Assembly: GCA_963668025.2 (NCBI GenBank)
Contig: CAXXTH010000013.1
Location: forward strand, 1-64,000
Reading direction: 5' to 3'
Source of the DNA: Candidatus Hydrogenedentota bacterium
GTDB taxonomy: Bacteria; Hydrogenedentota; Hydrogenedentia; Hydrogenedentales; SLHB01
DNA: 64,000 nt
A program made the translations under genes and the position numbers. The notes below the pieces were generated by a model, which had not been told where the DNA came from, did no database searches, and worked only from the letters and a program-made list of their open reading frames with translations. Positions 9,974 through 19,986 of the stretch are shown one piece after another (positions within the stretch are counted from its first letter, which is position 1; every line of letters starts with the position of its first letter).

Positions 9974-11505
9974 GTAACACTTTAGCCGACTGAAGTGTTT
10001 TCCGGTGGCAGGGGAGGCAATTGGCCGGTGTTGAGGTAGTGGACCAGGGCGTTGCAGACGGTGCAGACGGGGTTTTGCCCGCGTTTTTTCAAAGTAAAGA
10101 AGACGCTCATGAGCACCGCTTGTATGGCGGCTCCTTGGTCGCTGCGGTTGCAGTAACTGTTTTTGCGCAGGATAACGGCAGGACGGATGGAGCGTTCCGC
10201 CAAGTTGTTGTCGAAGGGAACATCTGATTGGCCGAGAAAAGTGAAGAGTTCATCCTGGTGTCGGCGCAGCCTTTTTATGAGGCGCTTGGCGTTGGCGTCC
10301 TCCCAGGGCGTATCGCACAAGTCCCGCAAGCGCCGGGCGAAGCGCGCGCGGCGCGAGTCGTACGCCTCCGGTTCGAGCTCGCCGCGCCGCCGCCACAGCC
10401 GGATGGCGTCGGCAATCAGGCGGCGCAGCTTTTTGGCGAAGGCGGGCCAGGCCGGGCTGGGCGATTTGTATTTCTCCACGTGCTCGAGTTCGCGCAACAA
10501 ATGCACGAGGCACTTCTGCCGGGCGGCGCACGCCACGGCGTTGTACGCGGCCCAGAAGTCGGCCACCAGCGTTCCGGCGAATTCCCGCGTGAAGAACTGC
10601 TGGAGCGCCGGACTCCCCCGCGAATGGTCGATCAGGAAAAAGCTCAGCCCTTTGGTGGCGAAACACCACAGCCATCGGGTCTTGCCATTCACGCGCCAGC
10701 CGGTCTCGTCGGCGTTGAGCACCGCCGAGTCCAGCGCTTCCTGGTGAATGGGCCTCGTACCAAGGCAGGAGAATCTCCGCCAGCCTGCGCCACATGTGCA
10801 GCAGCCCGCCCGGCGTGACCTGGAAAAGCAGGTGGAAATCGAAGACCTCCACGATTTGCGAAAGCGTGTTGCCCAACACATAGTGCAGCCACGCGCTGAG
10901 GACCAGCACCCGGTTGCCCAGGGTCGCGCCCGGCAAGGCCGCCGCCACAACCGGCTCGACTTTCTTCTTGCATCGCGGACACCAGTCGCGGTGAATGGTA
11001 TGCTCGGTGATTTCCGGACGGATGCCTTCGGGGTATGTCTTCGGTGTAGCGCGTGCGGGTCTCCGCGCGGCGGTCCAGCGGCCCGCCGCAGTCGGGACAC
11101 ACCTTGGTGCGGTGTGTTTCACGCCGGTCGATACGTTCGGGGCGGCACGCGCCGGCTGCCGGGGTGGCCCATCTTGCGTCCCGGCTTTTTCTTGCCGCGC
11201 ACAGGCGTCTGGGGTTTCCCGTAAACTGGCTGCATGCCCGAAGGGGGTGGAGGGCGTTTGGTGGGAAGTGAACGCCGCCTCGGCCTGCTGCTCCGACAGC
11301 AGCTTGGATTGCGCCAACAGGGCAAACACCACGGCATCTTCGCCCAATGCGTAGATCGCTCGGGCTTGCTCCTCCGAGAGCAGCGGTCCCAATGGAATGC
11401 CACTTATTGCCGTCGCCATGGCGTCTTGGCCCAAAACCACAACATCTTGTAACTATATTATACCGAAACGCTACTTATGGTTGCGCCAGACGGCTAAAGT
11501 GTTAC
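9974..11505 (-). mobile_element. IS66-family insertion sequence (single-ORF, ISBst12-like), copy 1
   Basis: 19-bp terminal IRs GTAACACTTTAGCCG(A/T)CTG. 8-bp target duplication AGAAAATC at 9966-9973 and 11506-11513. Confidence 0.95.
9982..11419 (-). CDS. IS66-family DDE transposase (TnpC-like), frameshifted in this assembly
   Basis: Zinc ribbon CPDCG...CPRC, ADETGWR, QKCLVHLLRE, DNNLAERSIRPAV. Has four extra G bases relative to copy 2. Two-copy consensus is ~477 aa. Confidence 0.9.
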
Positions 11506-11964
11506 AGAAAATCTATGTGGGCTGGAGAACAGGGAAAAGCAAAAGCCAGGGCGGAAGTGGGCGACCGTTTACCCGAATTCCGAGAGCAGCTTCTTAACAC
11601 CAAAGGCGAAGAACGTTTAGCCGTGCTTAAAACCATCCAGCGTAATGGCGTGGAGGTAATCATGGACGACTCTTTTCTTGATGCGATGGAGGTGTGCGCG
11701 GACGATTCCAATGTGGATGTACGTAGAATGGTGGCTCAAATAGCCGGGAAAAAGTGGGTGGCGGATGCCGAAGAACAGCTTCCCCGCGCCGTGGAACTCA
11801 TGCTGAGACTCTCGTATGATGTGGATAATGGAACGCAGAATATAGCTTTATATTTAGGGCTTATACCTGTTAAAAACAAACAGGAAGCCGTCATTCGGCG
11901 GTTGGTCGAGGCGGCATTAGTTATGCACATGCCTGATCACTACGATCGCATTATTAAAAACATC

Positions 11965-13497
11965 GTAACACTTTAGCCGACTGAAGTGTTTTCCGGTGGC
12001 AGGGGAGGCAATTGGCCGGTGTTGAGGTAGTGGACCAGGGCGTTGCAGACGGTGCAGACGGGGTTTTGCCCGCGTTTTTTCAAAGTAAAGAAGACGCTCA
12101 TGAGCACCGCTTGTATGGCGGCTCCTTGGTCGCTGCGGTTGCAGTAACTGTTTTTGCGCAGGATAACGGCAGGACGGATGGAGCGTTCCGCCAAGTTGTT
12201 GTCGAAGGGAACATCTGATTGGCCGAGAAAAGTGAAGAGTTCATCCTGGTGTCGGCGCAGCCTTTTTTATGAGGCGCTTGGCGTTGGCGTCCTCCCAGGG
12301 CGTATCGCACAAGTCCCGCAAGCGCCGGGCGAAGCGCGCGCGGCGCGAGTCGTACGCCTCTCGGTTCGAGCTCGCCGCGCCCGCCGCCACAGCCGGATGG
12401 CGTCGGCAATCAGGCGGCGCAGCTTTTTGGCGAAGGCGGGCCAGGCCGGGCTGGGCGATTTGTATTTCTCCACGTGCTCGAGTTCGCGCAACAAATGCAC
12501 GAGGCACTTCTGCCGGGCGGCGCACGCCACGGCGTTGTACGCGGCCCAGAAGTCGGCCACCAGCGTTTCCGGCGAATTCCCGCGTGAAGAACTGCTGGAG
12601 CGCCGGACTCCCCCCGCGAATGGTCGATCAGGAAAAAGCTCAGCCCTTTGGTGGCGAAACACCACAGCCATCGGGTCTTGCCATTCACGCGCCAGCCGGT
12701 CTCGTCGGCGTTGAGCACCGCCGAGTCCAGCGCTTCCTGGTGAATGGCCTCGTACCAAGGCAGGAGAATCTCCGCCAGCCTGCGCCACATGTGCAGCAGC
12801 CCGCCCGGCGTGACCTGGAAAAGCAGGTGGAAATCGAAGACCTCCACGATTTGCGAAAGCGTGTTGCCCAACACATAGTGCAGCCACGCGCTGAGGACCA
12901 GCACCCGGTTGCCCAGGGTCGCGCCCGGCAAGGCCGCCGCCACAACCGGCTCGACTTTCTTCTTGCATCGCGGACACCAGTCGCGGTGAATGGTATGCTC
13001 GGTGATTTCCGGACGGATGCCTTCGGGTATGTCTTCGGTGTAGCGCGTGCGGGTCTCCGCGCGGCGGTCCAGCGGCCCGCCGCAGTCGGGACACACCTTG
13101 GTGCGGTGTGTTTCACGCCGGTCGATACGTTCGGGCGGCACGCGCCGGCTGCCGGGGTGGCCCATCTTGCGTCCCGGCTTTTTCTTGCCGCGCACAGGCG
13201 TCTGGGGTTTCCCGTAAACTGGCTGCATGCCCGAAGGGGTGGAGGGCGTTTGGTGGGAAGTGAACGCCGCCTCGGCCTGCTGCTCCGACAGCAGCTTGGA
13301 TTGCGCCAACAGGGCAAACACCACGGCATCTTCGCCCAATGCGTAGATCGCTCGGGCTTGCTCCTCCGAGAGCAGCGGTCCCAATGGAATGCCACTTATT
13401 GCCGTCGCCATGGCGTCTTGGCCCAAAACCACAACATCTTGTAACTATATTATACCGAAACGCTACTTATGGTTGCGCCAGACGGCTAAAGTGTTAC
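11965..13497 (-). mobile_element. IS66-family insertion sequence, copy 2 (near-identical to copy 1)
   Basis: Same IRs. Its own 8-bp target duplication AAAACATC at 11957-11964 and 13498-13505. Confidence 0.95.
11973..13411 (-). CDS. IS66-family DDE transposase, copy 2, frameshifted in this assembly
   Basis: Same protein as copy 1. Its five single-base insertions fall in the 3' half, where copy 1 is intact. Confidence 0.9.
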
Positions 13498-14140
13498 AAA
13501 ACATCAGGGAATTTCAAACGGATCTTCGCCTCGTCGAAAGTGTCATGTCAGAATTCCTCGACGGGCCATTCGCTGACACCCATGCCGCCGCGTCCGTGTA
13601 TTTCCTGTATAAAGATTTGCTAGATCGGGAGCCGCCCAACGCGGACGTGTTCGCCGAAGCCATTGCCAAGTATCCCCGCGATTTGGTTTAGGATCACCTT
13701 TGCTGCGGCTGAAACGCTTGTTCCACATACGGAGGAGGCGCTGATGCAAGAATTCAGAAAAACAATGCCTAAAAATGTTTCGGTTGAGCATTTGCTGACA
13801 CGAAAAACGGGAGCTGACATTAGAATCACATTCCTTATTCGATGGTATAGTGTGCAAGATATAATAGTGCATATGGAGAAGCAAAACCCCAAACTTGCGG
13901 CTTGATCCCATATTCCCGGTCCCTCCGCAGATGCAGCTTTGGATGGAGGAAATTGAGCAATGGGATATCTAGAACTAAAAAATATTTATTACAGTAAGAA
14001 AATCGAGAAACTATCACTGCAGGGAACAGCTCTTGACGATACAACCGAATAAAGGGGTGTGAATTGCACTGCAAGAATGAGCGATCATTCTTTTGATAAG
14101 ATTGATAAGATTTTTTTGGTAATTTTCCTCCATGTTGGGT

Positions 14141-14241
14141 TGCCCCTTTCGGGGAGTTAGGAAATAACTTTGCACCCAGGGACGCCCTTGCCCTTCAGGC
14201 GGCGGGCGGCCCTGGGCGGTTTTGGAATGTCCCTTCAGGAC
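14141..14241. repeat. REP/REPIN-like composite palindrome
   Basis: CCCCTTTCGGGG hairpin, CCCAGGG(14175)...CCCTGGG(14210) inverted repeat and GTCCCTTCAGGAC hairpin, between convergent genes. Confidence 0.55.
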
Positions 14242-14396
14242 GCCAGGCATCCATGCCGACTCAAACCGCCGGTTGTCTCCGAAAACGTAAAATAGGTATT
14301 ACATTTGCTGTGTTATAGCAAATCTTTACTGCCCATATTCAGAGGTAAAACGCATTGTTTACCTCATCGTTTGAGCGCCTAATGTTCTATGAGCGT

Positions 14397-15530
14397 TTAT
14401 GCTCGAACGGCGATCTCGATGATTTTCTCATAATTTTGGAGCGTTAAGTCCGACAGCTTTCTCCCATAGGGGCATGCGGAGGGCATGAGCACGAATCCGC
14501 GTCCGTGGCCGGACATGCCTTCGTCCATGGCTTGTTTGACCTTTTCGGCGAATTGCGCCGTGGGCATATTTTCAATATCGCTCACTTCCAGATTGCCGAA
14601 AAGCACCATGTTTTTCCCGTATCGCTCCCGGACGTATTTCAGTTCCACGTCGCCTTGAGGCGGCGGCTCAATGGGATCGAGCCCATCGGCTTCGAGAGCC
14701 GCTATATCGTCTAGAATTGCCATCAAATTGCCGTGGGAGTGGATGCGCGCGTAGCCGCCGTGGCGATGTATCGCATCTACCATTGGACGCACGTACTTGC
14801 ACACATATTCACGAAACAGCGAGGGCGGCAGATAGGGAGGAGAGGCATATTCCGGGCCGCATATGCGCCATAAGCGCCCCGGCAAGGCTTTGGCCACGGC
14901 TTCTGTTTTGGCCCACAACGCGGAGGCGAAATGCTCCAACAGCGAGTGGAATAGCGCCTGTTCCGTCATAGCGATCACGGTATATTCGGCCATGTCAAAC
15001 AGGGAAGCGGCCAGGCACAAGGGATCGGGCGTGTCAATCATCACGATTCCCGTGTCTCCCAGGGCTGATTCGGCTTCGATGACAGCATCCGTTTGCGCAG
15101 CGCCATCCGGTGCAGCCGGGGGTATCTCCAGGAACGCCCGCAAGTCGTTGGTGTCTTTGAGCAGGTGTTCTTCCGTCCAAACCGTATTCACATCCGGATC
15201 CCGGCGTGTGCGGGATGTCAGGGTGCGCTCCCCCACGGATACGCGCCGTACAGTGTACAGGCTTCCGTTTTGCTGATATGTTTCGATTTGCGAAAGAGAT
15301 TCCAACGGATCTGGCTTGATGGATGCGCAGGCGGCCCCGCGCATGACAATGCGGTCTGTCTTCTCTCTCGTCAATTCGATTAAAGGCTGCCAAGAAGGAT
15401 GGGAATAGATGTTGAATGGGTCATTATCGCCGGGCTTTTCGTCCAGCCCGTTCAATTCATAAAAAGACACGGGAGGGCGGTCAACCTCTTCGCCCCGCAA
15501 TGTGGCCATGAGTCTTTCGCGCTGATTCAT
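14397..15530 (-). CDS. Uroporphyrinogen decarboxylase / MtaA-CmuA methyltransferase superfamily protein
   Basis: MNQRERLMATLRGEEVDRPP start, HSHG, DPIEPPP.GD, LFGNL, GFVLMPS. Confidence 0.85.
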   Translation of the reverse strand: MNQRERLMATLRGEEVDRPPVSFYELNGLDEKPGDNDPFNIYSHPSWQPLIELTREKTDRIVMRGAACASIKPDPLESLSQIETYQQNGSLYTVRRVSVGERTLTSRTRRDPDVNTVWTEEHLLKDTNDLRAFLEIPPAAPDGAAQTDAVIEAESALGDTGIVMIDTPDPLCLAASLFDMAEYTVIAMTEQALFHSLLEHFASALWAKTEAVAKALPGRLWRICGPEYASPPYLPPSLFREYVCKYVRPMVDAIHRHGGYARIHSHGNLMAILDDIAALEADGLDPIEPPPQGDVELKYVRERYGKNMVLFGNLEVSDIENMPTAQFAEKVKQAMDEGMSGHGRGFVLMPSACPYGRKLSDLTLQNYEKIIEIAVRA

Positions 15531-15887
15531 GTTTTTCCCTTCGATGCTTTCCAGATGCGTTATCTCTCGAACTTGGCCACATAGGCCGCCTGTTATGCCT
15601 TTATCTCTCCAGGCAGTATATTAAATCCAAGGTCGCTGTTCGAGCATTCAACCGTTAGCCTATTGTTCTCCTGGCCCCGCATAGTTTGGCTGTTTTATAT
15701 TGAGGACCGCCACAGATAATCCGACGTTGAAGCGGAATATCTGTTATTATAAGAAGAGAAGCATTGCAGAATGCGCAATGTGCGACATTAACGGAAATTG
15801 CTTGACGCCATAGGGGCGTATAGCGTACTTTGATGATGCGGGAGCAATGCCGCAGGGGCATAATATCCCGAAGGGCAGGGATTCAAA

Positions 15888-16304
15888 ATGTCGCAATTCA
15901 ATGGTATGCGGGCGTTGGTAGTGGATGATTACGAGAACATTCGCAAACGCCTGAGTGCGGCGCTCCAGCAGCTTGGGCTTGTGGTGGTGGTGGAGGCTTC
16001 GAATGGACTTGAAGCCATGGCCCTTTTACGCGGACAGCCGTTTGATATTGTCTTCACCGATATTGTCATGCCTGAGATGGACGGTTTTGAACTCTGTGAA
16101 GAAATCCGGAATACGCCCGACCTGAACGCCTTGCGGGTGGTCGTGGTGTCGACGCATTATGATACGAATTACATCATTAAGGCGCTACGTCTCGGAGCGG
16201 ATGATTATGTGCCCAAACCCATCGAGCCCGAGCTGGTAAGCCGGGTCATAGCCCGAGTGATGACACCCGTGAATCCCGGCGCCGTGAGTGGGGGAGATGC
16301 CTGA
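15888..16304 (+). CDS. Single-domain response regulator (CheY-like)
   Basis: Canonical receiver residues: VVDD, FTDIVMPEMDG, VVST, YVPKP. Confidence 0.93.
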   Translation: MSQFNGMRALVVDDYENIRKRLSAALQQLGLVVVVEASNGLEAMALLRGQPFDIVFTDIVMPEMDGFELCEEIRNTPDLNALRVVVVSTHYDTNYIIKALRLGADDYVPKPIEPELVSRVIARVMTPVNPGAVSGGDA

Positions 16305-18424
16305 TATGGTGACTACACATCATCAATCGGAAAACATGCTGGTTCGTAGCGAGCATCTGGATAAGTTGTTACTGCTGGCTGGCGCGGTGATTGTTTCCTC
16401 GAGCAATCAGAGCCTGGCGTATCGGAATCTGCAAGCCCTTTTAAGCCAGAAGGCGCCGGTGGACCGGGAGGTTGTCGAGAATTCCCGCGATCTTGCCGAG
16501 ACGACCACGAGTATTTCCCACGACTTGCATCAGCTTGTGCAGGCGATTCGCACGGTGAGTTTGAAGGATTTTAGCTTTCGCGCCCGCCGCTTGGTGCGCG
16601 ATTTGGCGCGAAAGACCGGCAAGCGTGTCCGTTTCGAGTTCGAGGGTGAAGATACGGCGGTGGATAAGGTCATAGTCGAAAAGTTATATGACCCTATTTC
16701 CCACCAGCTTCGAAATGCGCTTGATCACGGCATTGAAGATGCTCTTTCCCGAACGCGGTCTGGCAAGCCAGAAGAAGGATGCATTATCCTCAGGGCGTAT
16801 AACACCGAGCGTGAGACGTTTGTGGAGATTCAAGATGACGGCGCGGGAGTGGATCTCGAAGCATTGCGCCAAAAGGGTATTGCGCTGGGCCAAATCGGGC
16901 CTAACGATCTTTTTACGGAAGACGATGCGCTTAGGCTGATGTGCATGGCGGGCGTATCGACGGCGCGCACCATATCGGAGGTGTCTGGGCGCGGCGTCGG
17001 GATGGACGTGGTTTATAGCATGATCACGGAGCTGGGGGGGAACGGTTTCGTTCACTACCCAGCGCGGGAAAGGCAGCATCTTTACGTTTCGCGTGCCCCT
17101 CGTATCCGCGGTCAACATTGTGGATGCCCTTGTGGTGCGGGCTGGCGAGTATTTGCTGGCTTTTCCGATTAACAGCGTAGTGGCCACGGAGGCTGTGCCC
17201 CGTGGGCGAGTAAACAGCACGCTGGGCAAAGGGCGGACCATTACGTATCTTGGCGGCTTGCTGCCGTTGCATGATTTGGGGGTCGTTATTGATAATCGCC
17301 CGTCGGAAACGGCCCATTCCGAGAGTGTGCCTATTTTAATTGTTGAGTATAAAGCAACGCGCGTCGCTTTCCTTGTCTCCGAGTTCTATTCACCTCAGAA
17401 ACTGGTCATCATTCCCTTTGAAGGCCAATTCAACGTGCCTGGAATCACGGGAACTACCATATTGGGCGGCAAACAGCTCGGATTCATCATAGATCCTCCT
17501 TCTCTTCTCGATTTGGCTACGGGGAAAACGTCGTTATTTGCAGGTGTTCGTGCGAGTGGAGCGGTGGAAGAGCGGGGAGTGGAATTCGAGCCAACAAGCC
17601 TCCCGGCATCTGTGGAAAGCAGCCCTGTAGCTGCCCAGATGCCGCAAGAAGAAACCGCAACGGAAGAGCCCAGTTCCGCGAGCAAGAATGAAGCCGCACA
17701 GGAGTTTCTTGTAGAGATCGAGAAAATGATGCCCGCGCTCAATGAAGCGGTGTTTCTGCTCGAGTCGAACCGGTCGGATACGGACCTTATCAATAATGCA
17801 TTCCGCCTTTTGCACACCATTAAAGGCAATTTCATCATGATGGGCCTGCCTAAAGCAGGCGAGACGGTGCATAGCGTCGAATCGGTGCTCGATCGCGCGC
17901 GCAGCCATGAGCTCGATTTTACGCCGGAAGTCATGGATGTGCTCATGGATGGCGTGTCATATATTGAAGAGGTGGTGCGCCAGGGCAAGGCTGGTTCATG
18001 GCAAGATGAAGCGCAAAGTGATATTATCGGCCGGACGGCTTCTTTATTGCCGGAGCCTGCGCCCGCACTGAAGGACGATGCCGATGTGGCGGCGTCCCAA
18101 GTCGTGCTTTCCCATGAGGCCAGTTATCGCGCGGTCATACATCGCCGGCACGGCACGCCGATCTACCAGTGTTATGTCGAATTTACGGCTGGCATGCAGC
18201 CGCCATTTCTTGTAGCCTGCCTGATTTATAAGCGTTTTTGTGAGTTGGGCGATGTTCTAGGCACGACGCCTCCCCTGCCCGATGTCGAGCGGGGCATCAT
18301 GGATGGCCGGTTCAAGCTGCTCCTGGCGAGCCGCATCGACCCGGACGAACTCGAACCGCGGCTTCATACGCTGCTCACGCAGCATTATGGAGCGAAAGCG
18401 GTGGATATCACCCGGTATAAATGA
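16297..18424 (+). CDS. cheA: CheA-like histidine kinase with permuted domain order P3-P4-P5-P1-P2 (~708 aa after removing one G from G7 at 17034-17040)
   Basis: P3 VRSEHLDKLLLLAG; P4 HQLRNALDHGIE, DDGAG, VSGRGVGMDVV and, after correction, GKGSIFTFRVPL; CheW-like P5; Hpt FRLLHTIKG (His codon 17813); C-terminal P2-like domain. Confidence 0.88.
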
Positions 18425-19341
18425 TGGCGATCAAAACGTATCTATTCGAGAACGAGACCTACCGATTGGATGCAGCCTTGGCTGGCCTGCTTGAAGAGGC
18501 GGGCTATGTTCTTGAATCCATGGCGCTTCCCGCGCATCATGAGGACGCCGCCGCCCTGTTTGAGGGAAAGCCGGGCGGAATTGTGTTTCTCCCTGCGGTG
18601 TGGGAGGATTTGTTTTCCGTAAAGGTGGTGGATGAAATCGCCTGGAGCGATGTGCCCTTCGCCCTGATTATCGTGGGGCCTGCGCCGGAGCCTTCGCAGC
18701 TCATCGTAGCGTTTAATGAGGGCCTCAGTTCATACATCGAAACTCCGATAGACCCAGAACGATTGCGCCATATCGCCGGACGCGCCGCCTCCCGCTTGGA
18801 ACGCCGACAGGAACGGCAGACTCGCTTGCGCCGCCTTGCCGATAATGCTTCCCAGTCCGCCACGCCGGGCCTCACGCCGGAATTGATCGCACGCGATCAT
18901 TATCTTGGCCAGGCATTCTTGCGCTGCATCGAGCGGGAAGGCCGGCTCTTCGATAACGGCGTCCGCGCGCTGGTAGTCTCTTCGTCCCGCTCGCAGCAAA
19001 AGCTTATGGAAGGGCTTCTTCAACGCGTGGGCATTCGCGTGGAAGCCGCCATGTCCATGAAAGAAGCCTTGCGCGCAGTGGAGTCCGGCTCATATGCCGT
19101 TCTTATTTCTGATAATGTACTGCCAGATGGCGATGCGTGCGCTTTTGCCGCGCAACTTCAAAAACGGGCCAAGGGCCGCCTGCCGCGCTTAATTGTTTGG
19201 TCTGCTTCGCCAGATAAAGCCAATATGTTGATGAATCCCAACACGCATATCGACGATGTGATTCTTAAGCCGCCACCCAATACGGGTATCGAATCCGCAT
19301 TGCCCACCATCATCGCCGCGGTATGGAGTTCTCTCGCATAA
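18421..19341 (+). CDS. Tandem atypical receiver-domain protein
   Basis: Two CheY-like folds (AFNEGLSSYIETP; LISDNVLPDGD..VWSA..ILKP). ATGA overlap with the cheA stop. Confidence 0.75.
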   Translation: MMAIKTYLFENETYRLDAALAGLLEEAGYVLESMALPAHHEDAAALFEGKPGGIVFLPAVWEDLFSVKVVDEIAWSDVPFALIIVGPAPEPSQLIVAFNEGLSSYIETPIDPERLRHIAGRAASRLERRQERQTRLRRLADNASQSATPGLTPELIARDHYLGQAFLRCIEREGRLFDNGVRALVVSSSRSQQKLMEGLLQRVGIRVEAAMSMKEALRAVESGSYAVLISDNVLPDGDACAFAAQLQKRAKGRLPRLIVWSASPDKANMLMNPNTHIDDVILKPPPNTGIESALPTIIAAVWSSLA

Positions 19342-19409
19342 TGAGCTAAACGCGATGACGCCCTTCTAGGAAATGGCCACACGGAACGTACTTGCCTTCA
19401 CAGGATTCA

Positions 19410-19862
19410 TTAAGGGAGATAGATCTTCACCCGAACATGCTGGCGGCCCCAGCGCAACGCATCGCTATGTGATTTGAAAAACAAATCAATATGCTCGCCT
19501 TGAATGGCGGTGCCCCGATCTTCCACGCGGCCATACCCATAACCGGGAATATACATCACGGTGCCGAAGGGATATTTCTTGGTGTCGGCAGCGATAGTGC
19601 CCACGTGCGCCTTCGAGCCTGAAGCCGTCATTCCCACTTTTTTCCGCTCGCCTTTTCTCGGGCCACTGGCGATGACCGGCGGGCCAAGGCCAAACCAGGA
19701 ACGCTTCCAATTACAGCATTTGCCGCACTTGCAGTATCCCGTGGCTTCCATGGTTTTTTCGATGGGCCGCACGCCTTGAGGAGGCTTGACGGAGCGCGAG
19801 GCGCAGCCGGAGACCGCCAGTGCCAAGACAAGGATCACCAGTATTTTGGCCCATGTTCGCAT
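19410..19862 (-). CDS. 3D (Asp-Asp-Asp) domain lipoprotein
   Basis: Lipobox VSGC; ATGYC, TASG, IAAD..YPFGT.MYIPGYG, VEDRG.AIQG.HIDLF, WGR. Confidence 0.9.
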   Translation of the reverse strand: MRTWAKILVILVLALAVSGCASRSVKPPQGVRPIEKTMEATGYCKCGKCCNWKRSWFGLGPPVIASGPRKGERKKVGMTASGSKAHVGTIAADTKKYPFGTVMYIPGYGYGRVEDRGTAIQGEHIDLFFKSHSDALRWGRQHVRVKIYLP

Positions 19863-19986
19863 GCGTTAATCATAACACAAATTATACCACATGCAGGTAG
19901 TAAGAAATTGAACTCCACCATTAGGAGTGAAAAGCTATTTTCATCTGCCCATACAATATGAAACCGCTGTAACGGTTCCGATTTCT

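Larger units (their letters stand above)
6953..13691 (+). pseudogene. BlaR1-type M56 peptidase fused to a right-handed beta-helix and a HEAT-like alpha-helical region; interrupted by two IS66-family insertions (~1218 aa reconstructed)
   Basis: HELAH zinc motif, FFQPFLW, EEASDD..ADD. A +1 shift at T8 (8073-8080) joins it to a pectin-lyase-like repeat region (FTSIQEAIDAA..IQIGPG.FHE). Removing each IS plus one target duplication restores the frame: ELRKS|MWAGE and IIKNI|REFQT. Confidence 0.88.

Noticed and set aside
9974-13497. Composite transposon carrying a passenger gene, or an assembly duplication
   Set aside because: Each IS has its own distinct target duplication, and the intervening DNA is the in-frame continuation of the host gene.
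11347-13691. ORFs 11347-11976 and 13389-13691 as independent genes
   Set aside because: They are IS-end sequence fused to fragments of the interrupted BlaR1-like gene.
13744-14052. Two small ORFs with good RBSs (MQEFRKTMPK..., MGYLELKNIY...)
   Set aside because: Only 53 and 30 aa with no recognisable motif. They may be remnants but cannot be supported.
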